Source of the DNA: a virus
Direction: 5' to 3' (one strand)
Virus record (IMG/VR): IMGVR_UViG_3300005676_000020
Location: 1-64,000 of that record
DNA length: 64,000 bases
Below, one piece after another: positions 17,534-32,400 of this stretch (positions within the stretch are counted from its first letter, which is position 1; each line of letters starts with the position of its first letter). The translations under genes were made by a program, and so were the position numbers. Below the pieces are notes generated by a model. It was not told where the DNA came from, searched no databases, and was given only the letters and a program-made list of their open reading frames with translations.

Positions 17534-20473
17534 ATGGCGACGTATACCCAATCTGCGGCTAATCCGGCATACTTTGATATGCCAACCTTTGAGGCTCCAA
17601 TGGAGTTTCTTTTTAGTGTAGCCCGCCAGAAACAACAAAGTTTTGACAGAGGTCTTCAGAACGTGAGACAGAGCTACAATCATATGCTCAATCTCCCGAC
17701 GAATTCCCCTTTTGCCAATGCGAGAAAAGAAGCATTCATGGCTGAAGCCAGTGAAAAATTAAGAAGAGTTGCCGGCGCTGACTTCTCCTTAGAGGAGAAC
17801 CAGACTGTTGCCAACTCAATATATAAGCCATTGACTTCTGATCCATGGATACTAAAGGACATCTCTAACGGAAAGGTTGCTCAAGCGGAAATATCCTATA
17901 TGAACAACCTTCAACACTCTTCTAAACCAGAAGAAAGGCAAATGTACTGGGATAGTGGAAGAGAGTACGTAATGAACTCTGTTGCAAAGCTTTATAATGC
18001 TAAGACGGCAGATGAACTCGACAAGGTGAGCATCCGTAAATATGTTCCGTATGTAGATGTTGCCGGTAAGTTAAACAAAGCCGCTACTGACCTTAAGCTT
18101 AAGGTAGAGGTAGACACTACGCACCCATCCGGTTACAAGATAACCGATACGAATGGTAACCCTATTCCTTTCTATGTCTTTGCCCAGGGCCAGCTTGGCG
18201 CCCAGGAACGTGAAGTCTTTAAGGTCCTTGGAACGAATGCCGCTGACCGGCGTATAGCAGAAGAAACCTATCGGTTTGGAGGAGATGAGCAAGCTGCCCG
18301 TAAGTACCTTGCCACTCAGGCTATTACCGATCGTTTCAACGACTATAATTCACAAAAGTCTGATATTGACCTAAATATAACAGATGCTGAGAAGAAGATA
18401 CAGGCATTGAAAGATAAGCAAGGAGGTCAGATAAACGATCTTAACATTGACGAGATTGTCAACCTAGAAACCAAAAAGAGCTTACTTGAGAATCAAAGAG
18501 ATGAGGTTCTGGAGAGGTTAAGGAACATCGGCTATAACCAGGTAGGTGATAGCTTTGTAAAGAACAACAACTACGATTCTAAGCTTAACGAATACAGTAT
18601 GGACCTTTGGATACCATACATGGAAGAAGCAACTAAATCTACATTATTTAACTGGGCCTCAGGTCTTGCCGGCGCCACAATGTCTCATAAACTAGATATC
18701 GATCCTGTGTTCAAGGAAGCTCTTGACCTTAAAAAGAAGGAACTTGAACTTACCTATCAGATATCTAAAGAGACTTCTACCAAAGGAACAAAAGACGGTA
18801 GTAAAGAAGGCGAAGGAGAAGATAAAACTGGTGAGTCAGCTTACTACGATACTCCTATCTTATTAGGAGACAATCCTTTTGGTCAGGATGCCCGGTCAGC
18901 TTACGATTACTATAAGTCTCAGAAGAAGGCTGTAAACAATGAGCTATTTAGACAAGGAACTACTGTTATTTATGACTCTCTTAAGGACCTTGGTTTATCT
19001 TCTGAGTTCCTTAGTCAGTTCAGTCAGAACATGTTGAACGGAGCTTCTACTGAATCTATCATAAGTAACAATGAGAGTTTAAACCTGGAGACCAAGTTCA
19101 AAGACGATGTACAGAAGATACATAACCTTTTCCCGCCAAAAGCCAACATAAGTTACAGTGAAGTTTTCAGCAAACTTATGACAATGGCCAAGGATAACAT
19201 TAAGAAAAAGCTTGATGAGTATGCTGGCGAAGAAGGTTCCAGGGTTCCGGCCGAATACCAGAACTATGTTAATGTTTCTAAACTGTTGGAAACATCGTTG
19301 ATTTTCAATGAGAAAGACCGTCAGATAAACGAAAAAATATTCAAGTCTGGTAAGTTTGAAGATATTCGTGATAAAAACGATGTCATCTCTCTTAAGGATT
19401 TTGAGAGGAGAATTACCGGCGGCCGTACTAAAGAAGAGACTATTGAGGCTATAAAAGATACATTAAAGAATAGCCCGGGTTTAATAGGAAGTTTGTTCGG
19501 ATTTGACGGAGCTGGTAGTATAGCCGGAACATTACAAAGTGGTAAAAACCTGTCACAGAAAGAGTTAGATACAGCTTTCAAAGCAATAGAAACAGTGTAT
19601 AACCGGCAGCGTAAATCTTTTGATGAAGAGTTCAAGAAGATGATACAACAGGACCCTGAGTTCCTGCAAATCAAGACCGCTAGTGGGGAAATTGCCTTTA
19701 CCTTCCCGGTATATGAACTCATGTTCCATAAGAACACTGACAAAACCGGCCAGGAAAAAGCTGAGACCTTTTTGAAACAAGCCTTTGCCGATGACAAGAT
19801 AACTGACGAAACTAAGATATTGAACATGGACCAGCTCGGCAAGTTCAAAAATATCCAACCTATACTACAGCAGATGATGGCTGAGATAGGGGATATGGAC
19901 CCCGACAAAGGACGACTGTTCTATTCTCAGGTAGGCTCCGATGGCACTAATCCTTCTCTTAGGTTCAGACCATCAAAGCAGTTCTTACAACCCTTCCTCA
20001 CAAAGAACGGAATCAACGACCCTGCACTGGTGGAAGCGGTTACTAACTACGGTGTTGAAGTATCTGCTGCAGGAATCCCTGGTATAGAGCAGTATAAGCC
20101 TAGCATAGTTTCCAGGTTGATTGACGCTCAAAAAGGAAAGCCTTACCAGGTAGCTCCTCTGTTAGCAGAGCAAGGATTTGGGGCGGTAGTAGAAAAAAGA
20201 CCAAATAACGAAGGTTTCGATATAAAAGTGTCTTATAAGTACTTTGACCAGAACGGTAAAGAAGTGATTGTAAAGGATGTATTTCCTTCCAAAAACTTTG
20301 TACCTATAGCTTCTTCTAGATTAGATGAGGCAATATCAGGATTAAATCGTACCTTGTTCGAATATTTGGGACAGTATCGTCGCCAAGCTGAGGCCCTTAA
20401 ACCTAAACCCACACAAACGTATACTGACGCGGACGTCAAAGAGCGCGTAAAAATTGGAATAAAACAAAGATAA
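17534..20473 (+). CDS. virion cargo/ejection protein
   Basis: 979 aa, helical/coiled-coil, directly upstream of the virion RNAP as in crAss-like phages. Confidence 0.6.
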   Translation: MATYTQSAANPAYFDMPTFEAPMEFLFSVARQKQQSFDRGLQNVRQSYNHMLNLPTNSPFANARKEAFMAEASEKLRRVAGADFSLEENQTVANSIYKPLTSDPWILKDISNGKVAQAEISYMNNLQHSSKPEERQMYWDSGREYVMNSVAKLYNAKTADELDKVSIRKYVPYVDVAGKLNKAATDLKLKVEVDTTHPSGYKITDTNGNPIPFYVFAQGQLGAQEREVFKVLGTNAADRRIAEETYRFGGDEQAARKYLATQAITDRFNDYNSQKSDIDLNITDAEKKIQALKDKQGGQINDLNIDEIVNLETKKSLLENQRDEVLERLRNIGYNQVGDSFVKNNNYDSKLNEYSMDLWIPYMEEATKSTLFNWASGLAGATMSHKLDIDPVFKEALDLKKKELELTYQISKETSTKGTKDGSKEGEGEDKTGESAYYDTPILLGDNPFGQDARSAYDYYKSQKKAVNNELFRQGTTVIYDSLKDLGLSSEFLSQFSQNMLNGASTESIISNNESLNLETKFKDDVQKIHNLFPPKANISYSEVFSKLMTMAKDNIKKKLDEYAGEEGSRVPAEYQNYVNVSKLLETSLIFNEKDRQINEKIFKSGKFEDIRDKNDVISLKDFERRITGGRTKEETIEAIKDTLKNSPGLIGSLFGFDGAGSIAGTLQSGKNLSQKELDTAFKAIETVYNRQRKSFDEEFKKMIQQDPEFLQIKTASGEIAFTFPVYELMFHKNTDKTGQEKAETFLKQAFADDKITDETKILNMDQLGKFKNIQPILQQMMAEIGDMDPDKGRLFYSQVGSDGTNPSLRFRPSKQFLQPFLTKNGINDPALVEAVTNYGVEVSAAGIPGIEQYKPSIVSRLIDAQKGKPYQVAPLLAEQGFGAVVEKRPNNEGFDIKVSYKYFDQNGKEVIVKDVFPSKNFVPIASSRLDEAISGLNRTLFEYLGQYRRQAEALKPKPTQTYTDADVKERVKIGIKQR

Positions 20474-23400
20474 ATGCTGCCAGATCAACCATTTTTCCCA
20501 GATTTTGGTATTGAACAATCTAGAATGGCCGTTGACTACCATCAACCTCCGTTAACGGATCATGGTATCAATGACTCACTACAGAACATTGGCTTACTTT
20601 ACCAGCAACTGAGTCTGCTCAAGTCTCGTAATCCTATCCTTGGTTCAAAAGGCGGGATGAAAACAGAAAGTGATTTCATATTCCCTTCCATAGAGCAAGC
20701 CCTCTCTCCAAAGATGAGGACTTCAGACATCGAGCCCGTACAATTCGACCCTGTTCAGGAAAGACTAGGTCGTTACCAGGGCAGCAAATACTTCAGAGAC
20801 ATTGGTTTCTTACCCGGTCGCGATAACGAAGAGCTTTACGGCCGTGCCCAAACCGGTTGGGAGGCATTTACAAACGGTATCTCCGGAGCCTGGCAACTTG
20901 CTAAATTCCAGTTCGTTGACCAGCTTAAAGGTTGGGGTAGGATGGTAGATAGCGTATTTTCAGGCGATCTCGACAAATTATATGACCAGAATGACCTGGA
21001 AGCTGTAAATAGCGACCTTGACGACATCATGAACAAGAACCCGGTGTTCATGACCAAAAACGATCGGGATAAGATATTTACCTGGGCTAACGTAGCCAAC
21101 GTAGTTCAGCAATCAGGTTTTACCCTTGGCGCCATAGCGGAGATTGCCGCAGAAGAACTTCTGCTTACAGCGATCGCCGCTTCTACCGGTGGTGCTGCAG
21201 CTCCCGTACAAGGTGCCAGAAGTGCGGCTTTACTTGCAACTCTAAAGACTGCTTTTAGAAGACTGGCCAGAGCCGAGAACGCGGCAATGGAACCTAACCG
21301 GATGCGTAAGGTATTTAATAGCCTTGGCAGGATGACCCCGTTCACAAATACATTACAGACTGTAGCTAAAGGCGCCAGGGCTGAAGAGAATGCTCTGCAG
21401 CTGGCTAGACGTGGATTTGGTTCTTTCTATCGTGATATACGTGAGGCTAACGCCGCATTTACCGAAGCCCGTGCTGAAACTTCCGGAACCTACTACGAGC
21501 TAAAGAACAAATTAACTGAGGATTTACACAACTCCGGGCAGCCTGTAACTCAGCAGAAATTGCAGGAGATTGACAGGGTTGCCAGGGAGGCGGCTGATGC
21601 AAACTTCTGGGCTAACTCCCTTATCATAGGTGCATCTAACCGTATTCAGTTCGATAATATTTTCCGTGGATTTAAAGGAACCGGTCAGTATTTGAGGGAG
21701 ATTGGTGATGTGGCCGTAGACAAAAAAGGCTTCTTTAAGAGGTCTGCTATACCTTTTACCAAAGGATTTTTAAGAACCGCCAAGGCTGAGGCTATACCTA
21801 AGGCGGCAAGATATTTCAAAAACAACATAACCGAAGCTTTACAAGAAAACTTACAAAGCGCTTCAGACCAGGCAGTTCGTTCTTACTATGAGGCGAACTA
21901 CAATAGCCCAGGCTCTAAAGCGTTAAAGGACTCAATATATGAATCGATTTCATCACAATTTTCGACAGAAGGTGCAAAGACTTTTCTATCAGGATTTCTC
22001 ACAGGTGCAATTACTAATCCATTCACCCGCGGAATCCCTGCTCTGTATGATCGTGTCTCAACTACAAAAGTTCAAAGAGACAAGAGGGCAAAAAACATCG
22101 AAAAACAACTAAATGTATTAAACGGATTTTTCTCCAAAGCCGAAGGTCGTAACGGCGCCGTTCAGCTCCAGATAGGTAAGGAGATGGGAGAAGCTATAAA
22201 ATCCGGGGATATTAAATCCTTTGCTGACTTAAAAGACGAGAGTGTTAGAAGCTTTGCCCGGGCCGTTCTGGAAACCGGCAAGGTAGATCTTGTCTTTGAG
22301 CGTATGCATTCTCTGGCAAAAGGTCTGACAAAAGAAGAATTTGAACAGGCTTTTGGCATAAAATACAGCGACACTAACAAACAAGACTCTCTTCGTTACA
22401 TTGACGCGTTGTATACAAAGGTCATGGACATCAAGCAGATAAAGGATGACCTTGACTACAAGTTTGCAAATCCGTTCATGCCTGAAAAGACCGATACGGA
22501 AGAAGATGCCATGAAAAAAGCTATCTCCTATGCTAAGTATGAAGAAGCTAAATGGCATATAGCTTATATGAAAGACGCTCACATGCGTACTTCAAAAAGA
22601 CAGTCTTCTATCATAAAAGACCTGCAGCTGGAAATGCCAGACATGACCTATTCGGCCATTTCAAAGCTTACGGACATTGCCAAGGCCAAGGACGAGGTTA
22701 AGATGTTGAGGCAAGAAGCTTCTGTGATAAACGACGTTCGTCTCAAAGAAGCCAAAATAAAAGAGGCTGACCTTCTGAATGCTCTTATTCCATCTATACA
22801 AAAAGGTGATATTGACCCGGAAACATTCCGGGAATATGTAAACCTTGTCCAGGAAAAGAACAACCGCGAGCCGATTACCGACGAGTTCATAGACAATAAC
22901 AGAACCCGTCTCAATGACTTTATCCGTCTTGGAGAAGAGCGCCAACGCTATTTCGACAACCTTAACTGGTTAGCTGATCCTGCAAATGCCAGTGACTTCT
23001 TCAATCGCCATATTGAGTTCAAGATACAAGAGGAACATCAAAAGAAGCAAGATGACTTCGCCGATGCCGTAGATGATATCGGAAAAGACCATCCTGGCTA
23101 CGAGATCAGAATGGACGAGAATGGAAACGTCAAAGTAGAGGCTAAAGAAGGAGAAGGTTCCGAACAGGAGACAGAAGCTATAAAAGAAGAGCTTAAAGCT
23201 GCTGAAGAGAAGATATTTGGAAAAAGTCCTGAGGATGAGGTACTTGAGCGTATCAAGGAGAGATTGGCCAGTATATACAGGAAGCTCTCTGATACCGGTG
23301 AAATAAGCGACCAGGACAGGGAATTTCTGAACTCTGCTGAGATAAAAGAGATTGGTGAAAACGATGCTAATTATCGTAAGATAATGGCCATCCTTGAAAG

Positions 23401-26400
23401 AAAACCTAAAGAAGAGGAAGAAGGAGAAAAGAAAAAATCCGCCGATGAGAAAACCGAAACAACTGAAAATGTTACCGAAGATGATACTTCTGCGTTCCCT
23501 TACTATGAAGGGTCTGATGTCAATAAGGAGAACCCTCTCCCTAAAGGCGCTGCAAAGACGATAATTGAAGAGGTAGTCGACGGTGGCGCAAAGAATAATG
23601 AAGGTCGTTATACCGGTGGCAAACGCGATGAAAATGGCGATGCTATAATGGAAGGAGGTTACTCTTTCCTGAGAGGGCAGGTGGCCAGGTTATTCTTAAA
23701 TAACCCTCTGCTACTTGAACAATATGAGTTCGCCATTGTCCGTGATAGCCGGTTATACTACGAACATGTTTCTGGAATGCCTAAAGAAGTTAGAGAAAAG
23801 CTTCAGGTCAGTCATAAGAACTCACCATATAACTTTTTCATAGACTTAAACAGGAAGTCAGATACTGTCGTTATGGTCATCCGCGACCGTAAGACTAAGG
23901 AGCTTATCTACTTCAATCCTTATGTTCCGGGTATGGTCACCGACTCCAAAAATGGACTGGTGGCGGCTTTTGCTCTGGCCAATACTTCTGTGCGTGAAAG
24001 CATCTTAAATTATGTAAAAAAACAACCTAAGCAAGAACTGATTCTTGACTTCTCGAAATACAATCCTATAAGCCCAGGTTCATTCTTTGAAAACGAAAAT
24101 AAACTGAGGGACTTCAGTCAGTTCATGGAAGGTATTGACGCTGAAGAAGTACGACTTCATATCTCAAGAGGTCTCAAACAAATTCCCTGGAATGCAGAGG
24201 AAAACACTCGTAATGGTGGCGTATTTATAAAAGTAGGTAACCTCAACAAAATAAAGCTGTTACCTTCGAAGTTGACTGAGATAAAAGTCGCCGGTGCCAC
24301 CTATGATATTCGACCTTTCTTTGAAAGGGTATTTGATGAAGCTACCGCTAAGGAGATAGCTGCGTCAATGTCCCTGATTATCTATAGGGATATCTTCCAG
24401 CCAAAGAACGCCTTTTATGAAAAGGTGATAGTGTCTATTGAACCAAGGGACGGTCAATATGGACTTAAACTGATACGGTTTGTAGATTCTACGCCAAACG
24501 AACCAGATTTCAAGAAGAAAAAGTTCGTTGACAGCGGTCAGAACACAGCCACTGTGCTGACATATCTGTTAAAAGGCGGACGCCGGATAAACGTAGATGA
24601 AAATATCCAACAGGATATAAACCTGCCGACTATCACCGAGGCCGGCGTAGAGTTCAAGACTATTCCTTATATGGAGTTCTTGTCAAAGAACCTATTCACC
24701 AACAAGGCACGAGTGGTAAGACCTGACGGTAAACTGGATATACATCCGGTAAATAACTTCTTTGTTATTTCTGGTCTTAATGATATTCTTGGAATAAAGC
24801 CTGGAGTAGAAGAAGCTGCAGAAAAAATAGCTGCCAAGATGACAGGTGAGAAACCGAAAGCGCCGGTTGTTTCAATGAGCACTTTACAAGAGAACTTATG
24901 GACAAAGATTGAATATGTAAATGAAAAGGGTGAGGTGTCTCAAAGAACTATTAGCGACATTGAACCTAAGGACGGCCCTGTATTTACAGCACATGACTCT
25001 AAACACAAGAGTCGCCGGTCATTTAATATCTTAAGCATAACTAAAATCCTTGACTTTGTCAAAAGACCGGATGATAAGAAACCTCCTGCTAAACCACAGG
25101 ATACTACCCCGGACACTACTACACCGACTACCGATGACTTGCTTAAGAAGTTAAGGGATGAGACTAAGAACATTGACAAGAAAAAAGATGATGACAAGCC
25201 AAAAGATGACATAAATCCTTTCCTGGCAAAGGTTAAGGACGAGCTTAGCCGGGCTTTAATAGGCAACAAAGAACTGCAGTTCATTAAGGACCGTTTCGGA
25301 GAGCACGTTCTTAACCACCTTGCATATGCGGTAAACTCAGACTATTGGGGTTACTGGAAGCAAGGGGTTATTACATTGTATGGTGACGCAAGACGTGGTG
25401 TAGGTTATCACGAAGCCTGGCACCATTTCTCTCAGATGTTCCTTACCCGGGACGAAAAGATAAGTCTGTATAATGAACTGATGAGCGAGAAGCCTGAACT
25501 GAGAGGTGCAGACCTCAAGCAGGTTGAAGAATACCTTGCAGACCGGTTCTCTGAGTATGCTGTTACCCAGGAAGAAAAGGCTCCGGTAAGGAAGACAGTA
25601 TTCCAGAAGATATGGGAGTTTCTCCGTCGTATTTTTGGCGGCAGCCAGACCCCTAACCAAACAACCCTGGATAAATACTTCACAGATCTGTATTTCGGAA
25701 ATCTGGCTTCATACAAACCTGCTATAAACAATGCTCTCTGGGCAAACCTGAACTACGGCTTCAATGTTACCCAGGAAGGTAAACAAGTTAATATATTTGA
25801 TGCCCAGGAAGATAACGTGGCAAAAGGCCTATTCAAAGTCCTTCTTTATACTGCGTTCACACATGACGGTCCAGAGCATAACCTTAAAGCTGAGAATATA
25901 AGCATAGCTCGGATGTTGAACCTTAGTGAAAACAGCGCTGATAAAAAGGTTATTGTCAATAAAGTATTTAGAGCGGTAGTATTCCATTTGGAACAGTTTA
26001 TTGTAAACAACCGCGCTGAGCTTGAACGTAATGCTCCGTCCAGGTCTATCCTTGACAGGATGCTTACCAATTACGAAGACTTCTTTAACCACGTCTTTGA
26101 AGATTTCAGATTAGGTGTTAATATCGATGAGCTAATAGAAGAGGAAGAAGTTGATGTGGTAGATGTAACGGCCCTTAAACCTGAAGAAGCTGAATTAGCA
26201 GAAGAAGATAGTGAGGATGTTGATGCTCAAAAAGAAAGTCAGTTTTCTGACAAGGTACTTCCTTTCCAGGACAAAGGTCTTTTAGCATCAGTGTCTAAGG
26301 TCATGAAAAGCTTTGTCACAACAATCCCAAAGGCTCAGGTTATCTACAATAACGAAGGGGAAATAGAGGATGTTGTCGAATATAAGAATGGTTATGGGTT

Positions 26401-29400
26401 CCCAGAACCAGCCGATCCTCATAGGATACTTGCCATACTTGGTGAGGAGCTTGCAGGAGTATTCTCTGACCAGGAGATGCTGGAAAAACTTAATAGCCCT
26501 GAACTAATGCAGAGACTTCCGGAAGTAGTGTTCCTTAATAGGACTCTAACCGGGTATGGTGCAGAGGGTCAGCAGTATTCTGTACAGACCATAATGTCTT
26601 TGATGAGAGATTTTAACAGAGTATTCGTTCCTGTCTATTCTGTAATAGAAATAGGTGAGGGTGAAAAGGTTATGGTTGAAAAGACCAAAGGGACTGCAAA
26701 TAAGCTCAGAGCTATCTGGAAGGATAACTTTATGCGTAGCGACAGTTCTATTGTCGTAGCTGACCCGGTAACCGGTGCAGAAAAACGTATTCTAAACCCT
26801 TCATTCTCAGTAAATAACGAGCGGTTAGTAAAAAGAGTCGGTGACGATGAACGTGTTATATTGAACAGGATTGAATACTTGTCTAAGTTAGGTATAACTC
26901 TGTCTGACCGTACTATAAAGACAAAGAAATTCCGTGACTTTATCCTTGGCTACCGGTTTGTAAGATTTGCTGAAACCTTAGAAGGTCGTCAGAAGCTCGG
27001 TCAGAACATAACTGACCCGGTTGCAGATATAACCAGGGACTATGAGTACCGTCGTAAAGGAGAAGATACTGTAATAAGTGCTGGCGAAGGAGCTTTTATA
27101 AGGGAGTTGTTGAGACTTGAAAGTATCTACTCTGATATTGTCCCTTCTAACGTATTTGTTACGGCAAAAGGAACAAAAAAATATTCACTCATGTTACCTA
27201 ACATGTTTAATGTGGTAGGTAATGAGCTAAGGAAAGCAAACAGTATACGGGATATATCCAGTACACCTCACGTATCTTATCTCACCGATCCTGAGAACTT
27301 CTACGTGAACAATTCACTCGTTTTGAAGTCTCTGTTTAACAAGGAAGGTCTCAAAAGAGATATGGAGACTATGAACTTCGAGTTCGGGGATTATAACGGT
27401 ATTGAGTTTAAGATAGCTGACAAAAAGATTAACAAGCAGTCATCTGACCTTACCGGTCGCGACAAGATTATCGCCAATATCAACTCCCTCCTTGGTTTCG
27501 GCATCATAGATGTAATGAGAACCGGTTCTTCTGAATCCTTCTATTTCTACAGGGTTCCTAAGTGGTTCCATTCATATGAGCTCAAGAGAGGAGAGTTTTT
27601 GACAACTGAGTCTACTGTTAACGTTCCGTTCAGTGCTAGACTGTACAGTAAAGGAAGACCTAACTCCCAGTTTGACCTGGTTCTCAAAGGTTATTTCTAT
27701 AACCTCTTAGTAGACGAGGTTAATACTATGAGGTTCTCTTCTGTGCCAGGTAAAGACTTCAGTGATAGCTGGGGTGTCTTTGACGACATTCTGAAAAGAG
27801 ACCTTAAAGCTAAGATAAAGGCTCTTGAGATAAACAGCCCTGCTGATACCAGGAATGCTCTTTATGACCTTATTCCAGAACTCATGGAGGACGTAAGAGA
27901 GTTCTTCTTTACTGGAAGAAATAGTCTCACAAACCGTTTCTTGAAGTATGCAAAGACCTTCGGTATAGGTCCTACTGATGACGGTCGCCCAAATACCTCT
28001 TTTATCAATCCTTCTATAGTTCAGAAATATGGTTCTGACTGGAGAGGATTAGTTGAGAACTTCATACTCAACGATTTTGTAATAAACGTAGAGTACTCAA
28101 AACTGTTTACAGGAATACCTCAGTTCTATAAAGATTACCACAAACGGGCATCTGGACCAATGTCCCCGGGTAACAATGCTAATATAGGGCCTATCATCGC
28201 AGACGCTCTTGAGAGGTCACATCCTATGACAATGCGTGGGGCCTTAGGTAAGCCATTTGACCCCAATATACATCTTTATAAGACGAGCACCACTACCGAT
28301 GAATTCACTAAACTGGATGAAGACGTAGAGGAAGCTTATCGCAGAGCCGGTAAAGCTCTTGGTAAAGTAGATGAGGTTGAGCAGGCTATAAAAGAGTACG
28401 ATCAAACAAAAGCCAAAGCTAAGCCGATAAACGACGGTCAGGCTTGGGTCACACTCGACTTCTATCGCCGGTTCCGTATACAAGCCGGTAACTGGGATCC
28501 TCTTACAGATGAGATTGAATACTGGAAAGAAGTTGCTAAATGGCGCATTAAAAAAGGACTTTATAAGTCAGAGGAAGAACTGAAAGGTCTTCAGTCTTTC
28601 CTGGATAAATATCCAAAAACCTTATCTACTTTCCCTATTGCAAAACTGCAGTATAACGGACCGGAGAAAGCTAGAGGGTTGATGAGACCGGTGTTCCATA
28701 AGTTTGCCGTAGCGCCGATAATCCCATCTGCCTGGGAGAATACACCATTAGAGAAAATGCAGGATTGGATGTTGGAGAAAGACATTGACTATGTAACCTC
28801 TATATCCGGTAGCAAGAACTATAACAAATCTCCGTTCTCGTTCTGGGATGAGAACAAGAGTGATTTTAGTATGTCCCTTGACCCTAACCAGTCAACTCTA
28901 TTCTCTGTTTATCTCAAAGAGCAGATAAAGACTGCTAGAGAGATAAAAGATAAGAGTACCTGGGGTACTCAGATAAAGTCTCTGTGGATGTCAAACCGGT
29001 TCAATGACGGTAAAGCTTCTGAAGCTAACCAGGCTTTGTTTGATACCTATAAGGATGACCTTGAGGCTATTATCGAAGCTGAAAAGAACCAGTTATTTAC
29101 AGAATTTGGTATAAAGGAACAAGGGGACAGGATAGTAATATCTAACGCTAAGGGTTTTGTTGAGACACTAAGGCAACAAGCTGACCTGCGCGGACTAAAC
29201 AGTAATGTAAAAGCATCTATAAAATTTGATGAGGTTACCGGAACATTTGATACGCCTCTTGAGATAATTACCAACCGTCAGTCTATTGTAGATATGATCG
29301 GCGGCATGATATTCAGAAAGCTTGTAAGGATATCTGCGAACGGTGACATGTTGATACAGATGTCATCTCTCGGCACCCGGGCAAATGGTGAACCTGAGCT

Positions 29401-32400
29401 GGCATTCTATAAGCCGGTATTTGACAAGAAAGGTAATTTCATAAGGACACAGGCTGCGCAGACCAAGATAAGCTTTAATAAACATTTCTACCCTCTTCTT
29501 AGGTTACCACATGTTGATGGTAAGAGAATAGATACCCGGGAAAGGCTAAATGAGATGTTAAAAGACCCTGCCTGGGTTAATGCTCACCGCCAGGAAGTTA
29601 CGATAGTAGCCTACAGGTTCCCTACAGAAGGTCCTAACTCTATGGAATTCATGGAAGTAAGGGAGTTCTTACCAGAGGTTGCCGGCTCTATCATGGTAGT
29701 TCCTCGCGAGATAGTTATCAAAGTAGGTTCTGACTTCGACCATGATAAGCTCAATATCTTCCGTCCTAGTTACGGGGATGATGGTAACGTCCTTGGACCG
29801 GACACTATTGAAATATACGAAACTGCCGTAAAGAGGCTCATAAAGATAGCCAGTGCCAACGAGCTTGTTCAGGGGTTAATGTCAAAGATAAACGCGCTGT
29901 TTAGCCAGGAAGAGCTTGAGTCTGAAAATGATCTCGACATTGACTTGGAAGAAGCGTCTGTTTCAAAGGAAGAAAGACTCGCTCTGAAGAACTACAAGAA
30001 GGCGATGAAAGATATGAAGGGTTATCATATGAACCAGGCAATGCAGGCATATATAGATTCATTGTCTTCTCCAGAGATGTTCCTTCAGCTGATAAAGCCT
30101 AACACTACCGAAAAGGTTAAAGCCTTGGCTATGGAAATGGCTGAGAAGCAAGGTCTTGAGGGTTTTACAGAGACCGGCGTAAAGGCATTTACCAACACGC
30201 AGATTTTCGACTATACGAATAACCATATCAAGTTCCTGCAGAACGTCCAGGGTAAGAATGACCTTGCCGTATATGCCGTACTCAATAAGACATTACATAA
30301 CTTCCAGAAGATAGGTGTTAAGTTAAATAGTTCGTTTATAAATAAACTGGCCAAGAAATTTTATGGTACAAGGAATAACCTATCTTTGAATACTACCCCT
30401 TACCTGTTAACTAAAGAGGAAAGGGATAGCTTTATACAGAACGGTGAGATACCTCTAGGCTTTACAGAAGATATTGAAGGTGAGACTATTACGCATATCG
30501 TCGCCGAGTTGATGAACTCTACAGTGGATATCGAAAAAGACGCTTTCTACATAGCTCTTGGTATAAACCGGTACAACAAAGGTGTTGCAGCAATGCTTCT
30601 TGCCATGAGGGTCCCGTTAAAGAGGATTTCTGCATTCTTACTACAACCTTCCCTAAAAGAATACTATTCTCGTCAAGAGTCAGAGCCATTTGCGGTGATT
30701 AACGGGCAGGCCTTCTTTGCATCAAACATCAATGCAAAGAACATGTTCAACCTTAAAAACAGGATTGAGCTTGAAAGAGAAATACAGTTCCGTCAGAATA
30801 ATGATCCAGGAGACATTTTCTCATATGATAACCTGATAGAAAATGTAGGAAGCCGTGATTGGAATAATAGAGAACAGCTTACTATCCTTGCTCACTTCTT
30901 AATGTTACAAAGGTTACAGCGGCTGTATATGATGATACAGTCAAACATCACAGTTGACACTAAGAAGATATCTACGCCGTTAGGTGCTAACTTATTTGAT
31001 TTCTCTAAAAGAGAACTTCTTTCTTCAGGTATAATAAATGAAGAAATGTTCAATAAGATCCATCAGCAAAGTTATACATCAATGTTCCATTCAAGGGATA
31101 TGATAGCTAAAATATTTGAGACGTTGATGCCTATAGGGTTTTCCAGAACTTTTATAGAGAAGTTTTCAAACAGGATAGTTGACGCTGAAGCTTTTCTGAC
31201 AAAAGACCAGATGTTACAGTTAGAAAAGACGGTTGCCAACGACTATATGATGTACATAGTTTTGGAACATGGTGAGTATGAGGGCGAACCGTTAAGGGAA
31301 TATCTGGTAAAGAAACTTAGCCGGAAACTGTCTCAGAAGACGTTGATGATGGAGTTGGTAGAGTTGAAAAAAGCTGAGTATCCTGAGATATTTGAGCTGT
31401 ATGATCTCACAAAGAGGTTAAAGACTAACCAGTCAAGTAAGCTTTCTAATCTACATAACGTTGAAATTCAAAGAGGTGTAGATAACACCACAGAGACTCA
31501 GGAAGTGTTAATATCTGAGTTTATAAAACTTATGAACTTCAGAGGTAATGAGATACCGGGTCGGCAATATAGCCGTGAAGATATACTTAAGATACGTAAG
31601 TTCTTCAGGGACCTTGTCGTTGTCATGTTTGGTCAGTCAGGGTTCAATAAGTCGATGCTCTACGCTACCGATATCCTTCCAATATCAGAGATAAACCCTA
31701 TAACCAAGAGGGCTTTACAGAAGTACAAAGATCGTATTAGTGCAAACCCTGAATATGAAAGTCAGTTTATAGACGCATTTATTAACGAGTTTGTCAAGGA
31801 AAATCCTAAATTTGACATGCAAAAATCAAATGTCAATCTCAACCAGGAACCCTGGAGAGGAAAATACCTTAGAAAGCCCGTGAAATTAGCTAAACCTGCA
31901 GGACCGCAAAGAAAATTCTTCATGACAGAAGAAATAGTCACCCGTGAAGATGTACGTAATAATATCGGTACTCTGTACCTGTTCGGAGATAACGTTCAAA
32001 GAACCGGTCTTGGTGGACAGGCAAAAGAGTTAAGAGGTGAGCCCAATGCTTTCGGTATAGCTACCAAGAAAAGACCGGCAAACGACACTAACGCCTTCTT
32101 TAACGATAAGCAGCTCGAGCAGAACAAGGCTATTATAACCAAAGACATTAACGGTGCCCTGGAAGCTTTCCGTAAAGGAGCTTATGAGCAGATGGTAGTA
32201 CTTCCGTTAGGTACAGGTATGGCTCAGCTGGACAAGAAGGCTCCTTTGACCTTTGACTGGCTGCAGCAGGAGCTTAAGCGCCTTGAAATAGAGGTAAATG
32301 GCGGACAACTGCCCCCTCCGGGCCAAACACCCCCGGCAGCTCCTCCTCCAACTACACCTCCTCCTCCGGTTACTCCACCGACTCCGGTCCAAGGGACACT

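Noticed and set aside
32300-32400. C-rich low-complexity tract as a regulatory repeat
   Set aside because: Explained by the Pro/Thr-rich linker codons of the RNAP C-terminus.
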